From: Candidatus Promineifilaceae bacterium
GTDB lineage: Bacteria; Chloroflexota; Anaerolineae; Promineifilales; Promineifilaceae
Length of the DNA stretch: 59,264 nt
NCBI GenBank assembly: GCA_050301775.1
Contig: JBNKZT010000001.1
Span: forward strand, 1 to 59,264
Reading direction: 5' to 3'
The notes beneath the pieces were generated by a model. That model ran no database searches, was not told where the DNA came from, and saw only the letters and a program-made list of their open reading frames with translations. Shown here piece by piece: positions 45,390 through 54,011 of the stretch; the first letter of the stretch is position 1; every line of letters begins with the position of its first letter. A program made the translations under genes and the position numbers.

Positions 45390-46646
45390 ATGCGTGAAAG
45401 CGAAATGAAACAACGGCGGGTTTTGCTGCTGCTGACCAATCACACGTACCGTGCCCCGGCGTTTTTGGCGGCAGCGGAACAATTGGGGATCGAGGTGGTG
45501 CAGGCGTTGGATATGCCCCACCAGTTAGCAGCGCAGCGGCCGGTTGAGTTGGGACTGGATTATCAGGATGTAGGGACGGCCGTTGCCACCATCACCCAAT
45601 ACGCCCAAACCAAACCATTTGACGCCATCCTGGCTGTTGATGACAGCGGCAGCTTACTGGCAGCGCAAGCCAGTGCTGCGCTGGGGCTGCCCCACAATGA
45701 TCCGGCGGCCGCCGAAGCGGCCCGCAACAAATACCGGATGCGGCAGCTTTTGAGCCAATCGGGGATTTTGTCACCACGTTTCCGGCGGTTTTCCACGTCC
45801 GATGCGATTGCTGACGTAGCGGCGCAGGTAAGCTATCCCAGCGTGGTCAAGCCGTTGGCGCTTTCCGGCAGCCGGGGGGTGATGCGGGTAGATGATGCAG
45901 GGGCATTGGAAACGGCCGTATCCCGTCTTACCGCCATCCTGGACAAAACTGAACCGGGACCACACCATTACCTCATCGAGGATTACATCCCTGGCGTAGA
46001 GGTGGCGCTGGAAGGGATGGTGGACAACGGCCGTTTAACCGTTTTGTCCCTGTTTGATAAGCCGGATCCGCTGGATGGCCCCTTCTTCGAGGAAACAATT
46101 TACGTCACACCCTCACGCCTGCCGGCGGCAGATCAGGCCGCGATTGCCGATTGTACGGCACGCGCCGCCGCGACACTAGGATTGCGGCGCGGCCCCGTCC
46201 ATGCCGAACTGCGCCTCAATGAGGCCGGCCCCTGGCTGGTGGAAATCGCCGGCCGTTCGATTGGCGGGCTGTGTTCGCAGACACTGCGCTTTGGGCTAGA
46301 TGTGTCGCTGGAGGCGCTGATTTTGCGCCAGGCGTGCGGCTTGCCCTGGCAGTTTGCCCCATCCCAGCAGGCCAGTGGGGTGATGATGATCCCTATCCCG
46401 GAAGCGGGTTTGCTGAAAGGGGTGACCGGCATTGAAGCGGCGGAAGCCGTACCACTGATTGAAAGTGTGGAAATAACGGCCCCGCTCAATTACCCACTGG
46501 TGCCGCTGCCGGAAGGGGAAAGCTATCTGGGGTTTATTTTTGCCCGGGGCGAGACGGCAACGGCTGTTGAACAAGCTCTACGTGATGCCCACAATCAGCT
46601 CCAATTCAAGATTACCCCCCACATTCCCCTTACGTTGGCCAGATGA
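45390..46646 (+). CDS. ATP-grasp domain protein (carboxylate-amine ligase type)
   Basis: Track ORF of 418 aa (alternative start ATG 45405, MKQRRVLLL). ATP-grasp layout: pre-ATP-grasp Rossmann-like N-terminus, NKYRMRQLL, YPSVVKPLALSGSRGV, LIEDYIPGVEVALEG, GPVHAELRL, EIAGRSIGG. Confidence 0.8.
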   Translation: MRESEMKQRRVLLLLTNHTYRAPAFLAAAEQLGIEVVQALDMPHQLAAQRPVELGLDYQDVGTAVATITQYAQTKPFDAILAVDDSGSLLAAQASAALGLPHNDPAAAEAARNKYRMRQLLSQSGILSPRFRRFSTSDAIADVAAQVSYPSVVKPLALSGSRGVMRVDDAGALETAVSRLTAILDKTEPGPHHYLIEDYIPGVEVALEGMVDNGRLTVLSLFDKPDPLDGPFFEETIYVTPSRLPAADQAAIADCTARAAATLGLRRGPVHAELRLNEAGPWLVEIAGRSIGGLCSQTLRFGLDVSLEALILRQACGLPWQFAPSQQASGVMMIPIPEAGLLKGVTGIEAAEAVPLIESVEITAPLNYPLVPLPEGESYLGFIFARGETATAVEQALRDAHNQLQFKITPHIPLTLAR

Positions 46647-46652
46647 TTTTTT

Positions 46653-46686
46653 GGCCCACAGATAAACGCAGATGAACCCGGATTTT
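46653..46686. repeat. Copy of the three-decamer element overlapping the annotated start of the next gene
   Basis: GGCCCACAGATAAACGCAGATGAACCCGGATTTTTT aligns with 11229-11263 (units CCACAGATAA/ACGCAGATGA/ACCCGGATTT). Confidence 0.55.
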
Positions 46687-48099
46687 TTGTCGGCATTTGA
46701 ATTGCAACCACCCGCAATGGTCGCTTTTGTTGGCGGCGGGGGCAAAACGAGCTTGATGTTTGCCCTGGCTAACGTGCTGCCAGGCCGGGTCGTGACGACA
46801 ACGACGACACGTATCTTCGCCGCCCAGATGAAGCTGTCACCGACGGTATGCTTTTTTACCGCAAAGGACGCGAAGAACGCAAAGAAAAACAAAGAAAACT
46901 TTGCGCTCTCTGCACCCTTTGCGGTTGATTCCTTCACAGAACTTTCAGACGCGCTTGATCGATTTGGGCAGTGTCTGGTGGTGGGGGCAGTAGGCGAAGG
47001 CAAAGATCGGGAAAAGGCGCTGGGCGTGCCGCCGACGCTGTCCGGCCAACTGTTGGCCCGCCCGGATGTTGATTTTGTCCTGGTCGAGGCCGATGGCTCG
47101 CGGATGCGGCCGATTAAAGCGCCCGCCGACCATGAACCGGTTATCCCGCCGGAGACGACACTGGTGGTGCTGGTGGTGGGGATTGATGCGGTCGGCGGCC
47201 CGGTTGGGGAAGTGGCCCACCGGCCGGAACTGCTATGTTCGGTAATTGGTAAGCCGTATTCGGTAAACCGTAGGCTGACGCCGAAGGATGTGGCCGTTTT
47301 GCTGACACATCCGCAGGGGGGATTGAAGGGCGTGCCGAAAAATGCACGGGTTATACCGTTCATCAACAAGGTAGAAACGGCCGATCAACTAACCGCCGCC
47401 CGCCAGATTGCCTATCACGCCTTACGCCTGACGCCTGACGCATCATGCCTTACGCAAGTCGTCATCGGCGCAATCCAGTCGCAGCAGCCTATCCGCGAGG
47501 TACACAAACGGGTAATGGCCGTTGTCCTGGCTGCCGGGCAGGCAAAACGCATGGGACAAACCAAGCAGTTGCTGCCGTGGGGGAAAACGACGGTGCTGGG
47601 GCAGGTGTTGCAGAATGTGGCGGAAACGGCCGTACACAATACCCTCGTCGTCACCGGTCATGATGCGGAAAAAGTTGAGCAGATTGCCATTGGAGAAGGG
47701 GCGGGAACTGTTTTCAATCCTGATTATGCTTCCGGTGAAATGGTGTCGTCGTTGCAAACGGCCGTTCGCCATTTGCCGGACCACGTCGCTGCCGTTCTCG
47801 TCATCCTGGCCGACCAGCCGATGGTGGAAACGGGAACCATCAACCAACTGCTTGAGGCATACTGGCAGCAAAAAAGCGGCCTGATTGCCCCTGAATTCCA
47901 GGGGCAGCGCGGCAATCCGGTTTTGATTGACCGCACTTATTTTGCTGAACTATTGGAATTGCCCCCCAGCGCGGCCCCCCGCCATTTGCTGCGCCATCAC
48001 GAAGCCGGCCTGCACCTCGTCCCTGTGACCAGCGACTCTATTTTGCGTGACCTGGATAATCCCGGCGAATACGAGCGTTGGCGTCCTGAAATCCCCTAA
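46672..48099 (+). CDS. Fusion protein: YqeC-like (selenium-dependent molybdenum hydroxylase accessory family) + MocA/MobA-like molybdenum cofactor nucleotidyltransferase
   Basis: Track ORF of 475 aa. N-terminal half: VAFVGGGGKTSLMFALA..VVTTTTTRIF..VEADGSRMRPIKAP..HEPVIP (YqeC-type). C-terminal half: VMAVVLAAGQAKRMGQTKQLLPWG..ADQP (MobA-like NTP transferase). The true start may be downstream (MVAFVGGGG), because the first codons lie in a repeat element. Confidence 0.8.
   Translation: MNPDFLSAFELQPPAMVAFVGGGGKTSLMFALANVLPGRVVTTTTTRIFAAQMKLSPTVCFFTAKDAKNAKKNKENFALSAPFAVDSFTELSDALDRFGQCLVVGAVGEGKDREKALGVPPTLSGQLLARPDVDFVLVEADGSRMRPIKAPADHEPVIPPETTLVVLVVGIDAVGGPVGEVAHRPELLCSVIGKPYSVNRRLTPKDVAVLLTHPQGGLKGVPKNARVIPFINKVETADQLTAARQIAYHALRLTPDASCLTQVVIGAIQSQQPIREVHKRVMAVVLAAGQAKRMGQTKQLLPWGKTTVLGQVLQNVAETAVHNTLVVTGHDAEKVEQIAIGEGAGTVFNPDYASGEMVSSLQTAVRHLPDHVAAVLVILADQPMVETGTINQLLEAYWQQKSGLIAPEFQGQRGNPVLIDRTYFAELLELPPSAAPRHLLRHHEAGLHLVPVTSDSILRDLDNPGEYERWRPEIP
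46858..46925 (+). repeat. Palindromic element inserted in frame in the YqeC-like half
   Basis: ACCGCAAAGG acgcgaagaacgcaaagaaaaacaaagaaaactttgcgctctctgca CCTTTGCGGT, with perfect 10-bp outer arms and partly pairing inner arms (ACGCAAAG/CTTTGCGC). It is translated as TAKDAKNAKKNKENFALSAPFAV. Confidence 0.6.
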
Positions 48100-48120
48100 A
48101 CTGGATAAACCAGAAAAGAG

Positions 48121-48190
48121 TCTGCCACGAATTTCACGAATGAAGAAAAATTAGTGCCATTTGTGAAATTCGTGTCGAAAAATTCTTGTA
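48121..48190. repeat. CACGAAT-decamer palindromic element, shorter relative of 26102-26199
   Basis: TCTGCCACGAATTTCACGAATgaagaaaaattagtgccATTTGTGAAATTCGTGtcgaaaaattcttg. It lies in the convergent intergenic region between the yqeC-mocA fusion and add. Confidence 0.6.
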
Positions 48191-48243
48191 CACCGTGCAA
48201 AAATTTCGCTGATAAGGTACTGATCCCTCAATCCCCGCTTTCT

Positions 48244-49284
48244 TTATAATCCCAACTCGGCCCGCAGGTGAGTGAATTCAACCTGGAACTGTTTTGCCAT
48301 CGCCGACCGCACTTGGAGTTTTTGAAGACTGGCCTGGACGCCATTAAGCACCAGCTTCTCAATCGTGGCCACGTCAAAGCCAAACGTTTTGGCAACAGCC
48401 AGATATTCATTCGTCAAGGTTGTGTTAAACATGGGCGGATCGTCGGAATTGATGGTGACGAACAGCCCTTCGTCCAATAGGCGCGGCAGCGGATGTTCGG
48501 CCAGTGATGGAGCTACCTTCAGGCAAACATTACTCGTAGGGCTGACGTCTAGCGGGATTTGCCGCTGCCACAGGTAGGCCACCAGTTCCGGGTCTTCCAG
48601 GCAGCGCACACCATGCCCGATGCGCGTTGCTTGCAAGGTGCGAATCGCTCCCCAAATGCTGGCCGGTCCTTCCGTTTCCCCGGCATGAGGCAGACTGGCC
48701 AGTCCGGCAGCCCGCGCCCGATCAAACGCTGCGGTAAATAGTTGCGGCGGATTGCCAACCTCTGCCCCGCCAACCCCAAAACCAACGATGCCCTGGTCTT
48801 TGCCGCTGATTGCCCAATCGGCCACCAGCAGGCTGTGTTCTACCGGGCGGACGCCGCGTGAAACATCGGGAATCCAGACGGTTTGAACGCCTAATTCATC
48901 GACCGCCCACTGCTGCGCTCGACTTAGCGCCGCTAATTGCTCGGAAAAAGGAATACCGTTTTCACCGTTGGCATGGGTGTAGGGCGTGAAAATGACTTCG
49001 CTGTAGCGGATGTTTTGTGCCGCCTGGCCGCGCAGGAACTCGCGGGCAATTAGTTCGAAATCGTCGGCGGTGGCGATGCAGGCGCAAATTGCCAGGTAAA
49101 CTTCGATAAAATGGTCAAAATCGGTGAAGGTGTACCAATCGCGCAGCCCCTGGACCGTATTGGCGGGCAGCGGCTTCCGGTTGCGGCGGGCTAGCTGGAG
49201 CAGTGTCTCTGGCTGGATGGAGCCTTCCAGGTGAACGTGCAGCTCAACTTTGGGCATGGCGCGGATGAATTGATCTAGAGACAT
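48244..49284 (-). CDS. add: Adenosine deaminase
   Basis: Track ORF of 346 aa. Metal and catalytic motifs: PKVELHVHLEGS, HAGE (SLPHAGETEG), RIGHGV and the NSDDP-type INSDDPPMF. Confidence 0.92.
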   Translation of the reverse strand: MSLDQFIRAMPKVELHVHLEGSIQPETLLQLARRNRKPLPANTVQGLRDWYTFTDFDHFIEVYLAICACIATADDFELIAREFLRGQAAQNIRYSEVIFTPYTHANGENGIPFSEQLAALSRAQQWAVDELGVQTVWIPDVSRGVRPVEHSLLVADWAISGKDQGIVGFGVGGAEVGNPPQLFTAAFDRARAAGLASLPHAGETEGPASIWGAIRTLQATRIGHGVRCLEDPELVAYLWQRQIPLDVSPTSNVCLKVAPSLAEHPLPRLLDEGLFVTINSDDPPMFNTTLTNEYLAVAKTFGFDVATIEKLVLNGVQASLQKLQVRSAMAKQFQVEFTHLRAELGL

Positions 49285-49290
49285 TTGCAG

Positions 49291-49758
49291 TTACTCGTTG
49301 TCTTGTTTTTGCATAAATCGCTCTAATTGTTTCCCAATAATGGGATAGCGAAAATCTTTGCCTTGAACGGTCATGATAGCAGCGATAACACCATAAATCA
49401 CAAAGATAGCGCCACCAAGGAAAATGGCGCCCATGGTTATGAAGGGTATGAAAAAACCAATCATCTCACCCGGCGCCCCTGGAGCACTTGATTCAGCAAA
49501 GGGAATCGTCAAAAACATCCCGAAAAACGAAATCATATAACAACCCATACCAATAAACCAGGCCAAAATCATGGTTAATTGGTAAACAATCGCTTGAAGG
49601 GCTTGAAACGCAACAAACTCTGATTTGTCCTTTTGCGTAGCCCAAATGACAATTGGACCAATGACACCCATCAACGGCAGCAAGGCTGTTATGTGCGACA
49701 AAGCAGCCATAATACGATCATTTTGGTTTGGCGTTTGTATGGATACGCTTTCGTTCAC
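49291..49758 (-). CDS. DUF4870-type small membrane protein
   Basis: Track ORF of 155 aa with a GTG start; AGGAG lies 8 nt upstream. MAALSHITALLPLMGVIGPIVIWATQKDKSEFVAFQALQA, with 3-4 TM helices. Confidence 0.75.
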   Translation of the reverse strand: MNESVSIQTPNQNDRIMAALSHITALLPLMGVIGPIVIWATQKDKSEFVAFQALQAIVYQLTMILAWFIGMGCYMISFFGMFLTIPFAESSAPGAPGEMIGFFIPFITMGAIFLGGAIFVIYGVIAAIMTVQGKDFRYPIIGKQLERFMQKQDNE

Positions 49759-49923
49759 GCGTTTGTCTCCTGACTTGTTTGAAATGGCTTCCCACCTGGT
49801 TCATAAAACATTGGGTAGAACCTGCGAAACCGGTAAGATTTTTGCTGTCAACCGATTATACAATATTGTCGCGCTTGAGCGACTTGAATGGTTGCAAATT
49901 AAGAATCTCCGCTGCCAGGAAGA

Positions 49924-51819
49924 TTACGGCCGTTCCGGGACAACAAGCGACAGCCACTCTGTATTGACAAAACTACCATCCTCAACAACCTGATACATGC
50001 TCACCCGCACCGCTACCGGATTGGCGCCGGGCGGCACGTTCAATCGGTAAAAACTGCGGACTACTTCCCCGGTTTGCCAGCGCGATGTGGGGTAACGGCC
50101 GGCTACCGGATGATTACGATCGGCCTGAGTCAGAATATCCTGCGGGCCGGTAGGTGGGTCTTGGGCTACTAAATGGATGGCAATGCTGTAATCGGACAAG
50201 CCAGCGCGTTGGGCCTGCCAATCAACTGACAACAACAGGGCATCGGCCGATTCCCAGGTTAGTTCGGCCTGTTGGATAAGGACGCCATTGCCTAAATCGA
50301 ACAGAGCCGTCTCCGGCGCAACCGGTTCAATCAGCGGTTCCGTTTTGATTTCCACCAATCCCGGCGCAGCTACCGCCAGATAAACATCACTGCCCAACAC
50401 CTCTTCCCACCAGTCAACAGGTCGTTGGAAAAACGTTTCGCGGGGTGTGATTAAACGGCGACCTTCGGCGATATAGTCTTTGAAGGGGGCATTATGGTCA
50501 ACCAGCGTTACGCCTTCCAGTTGACCCCGGTAAGCCTGGGCATAAGCCGCACCCCAAAAATTATGGCCCCACAAAATCATGAGGATAGTTGGCTCATCAG
50601 GGTTTGCAATCTGGTCGGCGACGGCAATGGAGGCTTCCACGGTGCGATCTTTGGTGATGGCCACAACTTGCGGATAGTTGCGCCAGCCGGCATAGAGCGT
50701 ACCAATGGCCAACAGGATCAGGAGTATGTGGCCAAAGATTGGCCGCCAATTATAGAAGCGGGAGATGAGCAAGGCCCATCCCAAACCGGTAAACATGGCC
50801 ACGGGCAGTTTGACGGCCAGCAGGGCATCGCCGACAAAGCCAGCGTAGATGAGCAGCGGCACGACGGCGAAGGGCAGCCAGATGAAATGGGCGGCGGGCA
50901 TGATGCGCCAGTAGGCGCGGCGCGGTTTGTTGATGAAAAACAGGCCGCCCAGTCCCAGGCCAATCAGGAGCAGTGGCAAATCGTCGTTGAGGATTTGCAA
51001 GGTGACGCGCCCTTTTTCCAGCCAGGTGTAACCGGTAGTGGAGCGCTCGGTGAAACGACCGGCTTTGATGTTGAGGAAAGCGCGCCAGAAACCATCCCAG
51101 GTGCTGGTGTTGCCGAACGTCCAATCGGCGCCCATCCATTCACGCAGCGGCATGTAAAAATAGAGCAGCAGGGCGATGAGGCTGAGGCCAATGAGGGCCG
51201 GCAGGTTTTTCCAGACGATACGCCAACGGGGAAAGACGATGAGAAATACGCCGGGCAGGACGCCCATGACGGAACGGCCGTGAAACACACCCTGGCTCAA
51301 AAAAAAGGTCAACCATAGCAAGTCGCGCCGCTCCCCGGTGCGGTCGAAGCGCAGAGCAAAGTAGAAAATGGCGGCGACAAACATCATGCTCATGCTGTGG
51401 ACTTCGGCCAGGGAGGAATCGATCCAGACGGAGGTGGCGACGGCGAAGGTGATGGGTCCCAGCACGGCCGGCAGGCGTCTGGCGCCCAGTTCGAGGGCGG
51501 TTTGGGTGAGGAATACGGCCGTTACCGCTCCCCACAACAGTGACACCAACGATGACCCCAACGCCGGTTTGATGCCCACCCATCGCAAAATGGTTACGAT
51601 GAAGGAGCCGGTGATGGAGTAGAGCGGGTACCCGGTGAAATGGATCGTGCCCCAGCGAGGTAAGGCGTTCTGGATTTCACCGACGTCGGTGACGTAGGGA
51701 TGGCTGCCGCCGTTGATGTGGGTTTGCAGGGTGATGGTGAAGAGGACGGCCGTTACCAATCCAGCCAATAATGCTATATTCCATGAATAACGATTTCCCT
51801 GTTTATTAAACAGCATCAA
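49924..51819 (-). CDS. DUF2723 / TMEM260-like polytopic membrane glycosyltransferase-fold protein
   Basis: Track ORF of 631 aa. N-terminal VTDVGEIQNALPRWGTIHFTGYPLYSITG, about 11 TM helices, and a C-terminal soluble domain. Confidence 0.75.
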   Translation of the reverse strand: MMLFNKQGNRYSWNIALLAGLVTAVLFTITLQTHINGGSHPYVTDVGEIQNALPRWGTIHFTGYPLYSITGSFIVTILRWVGIKPALGSSLVSLLWGAVTAVFLTQTALELGARRLPAVLGPITFAVATSVWIDSSLAEVHSMSMMFVAAIFYFALRFDRTGERRDLLWLTFFLSQGVFHGRSVMGVLPGVFLIVFPRWRIVWKNLPALIGLSLIALLLYFYMPLREWMGADWTFGNTSTWDGFWRAFLNIKAGRFTERSTTGYTWLEKGRVTLQILNDDLPLLLIGLGLGGLFFINKPRRAYWRIMPAAHFIWLPFAVVPLLIYAGFVGDALLAVKLPVAMFTGLGWALLISRFYNWRPIFGHILLILLAIGTLYAGWRNYPQVVAITKDRTVEASIAVADQIANPDEPTILMILWGHNFWGAAYAQAYRGQLEGVTLVDHNAPFKDYIAEGRRLITPRETFFQRPVDWWEEVLGSDVYLAVAAPGLVEIKTEPLIEPVAPETALFDLGNGVLIQQAELTWESADALLLSVDWQAQRAGLSDYSIAIHLVAQDPPTGPQDILTQADRNHPVAGRYPTSRWQTGEVVRSFYRLNVPPGANPVAVRVSMYQVVEDGSFVNTEWLSLVVPERP

Positions 51820-51945
51820 TTTAACCTGGCTCCTTGCAAAAATGTGTCATAAAAAAGGCCAACAACCAGTGATTAGTCAGACAGGATGAAGTATATCCTA
51901 TTTTTGCCAAGATAATGGGGTAATGGCAGCGTAAAATAGCTGGGC

Positions 51946-51951
51946 TATACT
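51946..51951 (+). promoter_or_regulatory. -10 box TATACT, 6 nt upstream of ATG 51958 (leaderless candidate)
   Basis: GGCTATACTtgtcacATG. Confidence 0.35.
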
Positions 51952-51957
51952 TGTCAC

Positions 51958-52476
51958 ATGGGAACACAGAATACAGAATGGCCCGTAGAGATTATTCGCA
52001 GTGCCAAGCGTAGAAAAACAGTCAGCGCAGAATTGAAGGGTGGTGTTTTGATTGTACGCGCACCGGCTCAAATGAGTGATGGGCAGTTAATGCCGATTAT
52101 TGAAAAGCTGCAAATGCGTCTGCGTAAAAAGGTGCAGCGCGCACCCAAATCTGATGCTGAGTTAGTGCAGCTTGCGCAGCGGCTCAATAAATCCTATTTT
52201 TCAGGCGAGTTGAAGTGGCAGTCCATTCGCTATGTGACCAATCAGGACAAGCGTTTTGGCAGCTGCACGCCCAGTCAAGGGACCATCCGCATTAGTGACC
52301 GTCTGGCCGCAATGCCTGATTGGGTTCTGGAATATGTTGTGATGCACGAGCTGGCTCATTTGCAGGAGGCCAATCACGGTGCGCGTTTCTGGAAACTGGT
52401 CAATCGCTACCCGCTGACGGAACGGGCGCGGGGCTATTTGATGGCGGTTGGGCTGGAGGAAGGAACTGACACGTAA
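51958..52476 (+). CDS. DUF45 / YgjP-like zinc metallopeptidase-fold protein (M48 superfamily)
   Basis: Track ORF of 172 aa. RFGSCTP..GTIRISDRL and the zincin motif VVMHELAHLQEANHGARFW. Confidence 0.85.
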   Translation: MGTQNTEWPVEIIRSAKRRKTVSAELKGGVLIVRAPAQMSDGQLMPIIEKLQMRLRKKVQRAPKSDAELVQLAQRLNKSYFSGELKWQSIRYVTNQDKRFGSCTPSQGTIRISDRLAAMPDWVLEYVVMHELAHLQEANHGARFWKLVNRYPLTERARGYLMAVGLEEGTDT

Positions 52477-52524
52477 TCGGTAATCAAAATGCAATTATCA
52501 AAAACACCGATCACCCTATTTCCC

Positions 52525-53019
52525 TTACTTTTGATGAATCTGCCGGTAGCCGCGATTCCAGTAAATGAGCGGCGCTTCGTCGGGGCGGGGAACGGCGCTG
52601 GCTTGAACCAGCCCCAGATAGATGGTGTTGTTGCCGGTATTCAGGCGATCATAGATGGTGCAGTCCAGCCAGGCCAGCGCATTTTTGAGGATGGGGGCGC
52701 CGGTAACGGCCGTACCCCAATCCCCTATCCCAAACCGATCTTCATCCTTAATCCAGGCAAAACGGTTCGATAATTCCGTTTGGTCATGCGCCAGAATATT
52801 GACGGCAAAGACCGTACCTTCCTGTTCCAGCATATCATAAGCATTGTTCCGATGGTCAATCGTAATCATGATTAGCGGCGGTTTAGGCGAAATAGATGAA
52901 AAAGCTGACACTGTCAGGCCGTGGGGAACTTCGTTCCTCGGTGTTTTGACGGTGACAATGGTCACGCCGGCGGGGAAATGGCGCAGGGCTTCCCGGTAAT
53001 CTTCAGAACCTATAGTCAT
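52525..53019 (-). CDS. Flavin reductase (FMN-binding split-barrel, HpaC-like)
   Basis: Track ORF of 164 aa. ALRHFPAGVTIVTV..HGLTVSAFSSISPKPPLIMITI. Confidence 0.88.
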   Translation of the reverse strand: MTIGSEDYREALRHFPAGVTIVTVKTPRNEVPHGLTVSAFSSISPKPPLIMITIDHRNNAYDMLEQEGTVFAVNILAHDQTELSNRFAWIKDEDRFGIGDWGTAVTGAPILKNALAWLDCTIYDRLNTGNNTIYLGLVQASAVPRPDEAPLIYWNRGYRQIHQK

Positions 53020-54011
53020 AACGTTTCTCTTCCTTTATTGTTTTGGTCAGGCAGCCCTAAAAACGTGCGAACGACCGCCGCTATATCTGTTAAATCGTCG
53101 ATTTGACCGGCCCAATCCGCATGTTGCGGGCCAACGAGTATCGTCGGCACTGGATTGCGTGTGTGCTGGCGCTGTGATTTGTCTTCAATATTGCCGTGGT
53201 CGCTGGTGATGATCAGCAGGCCATGTTCATCGTCCCAGGTGTCCAAAAGGCCGCCCAGCGCGCCATCGATCATCTCCAGATGGACCACAGCCTGGGCCAG
53301 CGACCCGCGATGGCCGCTGCGGTCGCTGGGCCAATGTTCGAAGAAGCTGAAATGATGGGTTTGGGCAATGGCGGCAATACGTCCCCCGGCCTCGGCCAGA
53401 GTCATGATGGGGATGTCGTCGTAGCCCAGATGTTCCTGCCAGGCCTGACCGGTAAAACCAGGGCTGACCGCACGGCCGTTCCGCAAATCAGCCACATCCA
53501 TCAACGACAATCCGGCGCTGGTCGCCGCCAGAGGGACGCTGGAAAACAGCCGTTTACCGCTGTTGATGCCGTCAAAATAACCCTGTGGATAGGGGGTGAT
53601 GAGCGCCGCCCGGCCACCGGCAGCAGTCACGTCGTGAAAAAGGGTTCCCTGGTGGATGATGTCGGCAACGGCCGTATTCGGTTTTGGTCCGTAATGTTCG
53701 CCCACCAACTGGGGCACGTTGCGCCCGGTCAAAATGGCCGCCTGCCCGGTAGCGCTCTGCGGCTTGCCTGGCAGTCCTAAATTGGGGTCGGTGGGGATGA
53801 GGCTGGCCCGGTTGGTGATGATACGGTTTTTCCCTTGCAAAAACCAGTTGTCGCCCAGCAAATTAGTCAGGTTGGGGAGAACGGCCGTGACAAACGGGTT
53901 CACATCCGGGTCCGGCCCGCCCAGTCCAACGCCATCCATGAAAAAGAGCAGAACGTGGCGGGAGATTAGAGGTTGGAGATTGGAGATTGGAGATTGTTTA
54001 TTCTGTTTCAA
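53016..54011 (-). CDS. Alkaline-phosphatase-superfamily 'metalloenzyme' protein (phosphopentomutase / cofactor-independent PGM-like)
   Basis: Track ORF of 331 aa. LLFFMDGVGLG near the N-terminus, FFEHWPSDRSGH, and ITSDHGN. The first 17 codons (QSPISNLQPLIS) are encoded by a TTGGAGA tandem array, so the true start is uncertain. Confidence 0.7.
   Translation of the reverse strand: MKQNKQSPISNLQPLISRHVLLFFMDGVGLGGPDPDVNPFVTAVLPNLTNLLGDNWFLQGKNRIITNRASLIPTDPNLGLPGKPQSATGQAAILTGRNVPQLVGEHYGPKPNTAVADIIHQGTLFHDVTAAGGRAALITPYPQGYFDGINSGKRLFSSVPLAATSAGLSLMDVADLRNGRAVSPGFTGQAWQEHLGYDDIPIMTLAEAGGRIAAIAQTHHFSFFEHWPSDRSGHRGSLAQAVVHLEMIDGALGGLLDTWDDEHGLLIITSDHGNIEDKSQRQHTRNPVPTILVGPQHADWAGQIDDLTDIAAVVRTFLGLPDQNNKGRETL

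Noticed and set aside
46578-47369. 263-aa minus-strand ORF across the ATP-grasp / yqeC-mocA junction
   Set aside because: It overlaps two well-supported + strand genes and the repeat element. It is Ser/Thr/Pro-rich, antisense-type sequence.
50494-51318. 274-aa + strand ORF, and several other long ORFs, overlapping the DUF2723 gene
   Set aside because: They are antisense or off-frame to a polytopic membrane protein gene. The translations are Gly/Asp/Gln-rich without features.
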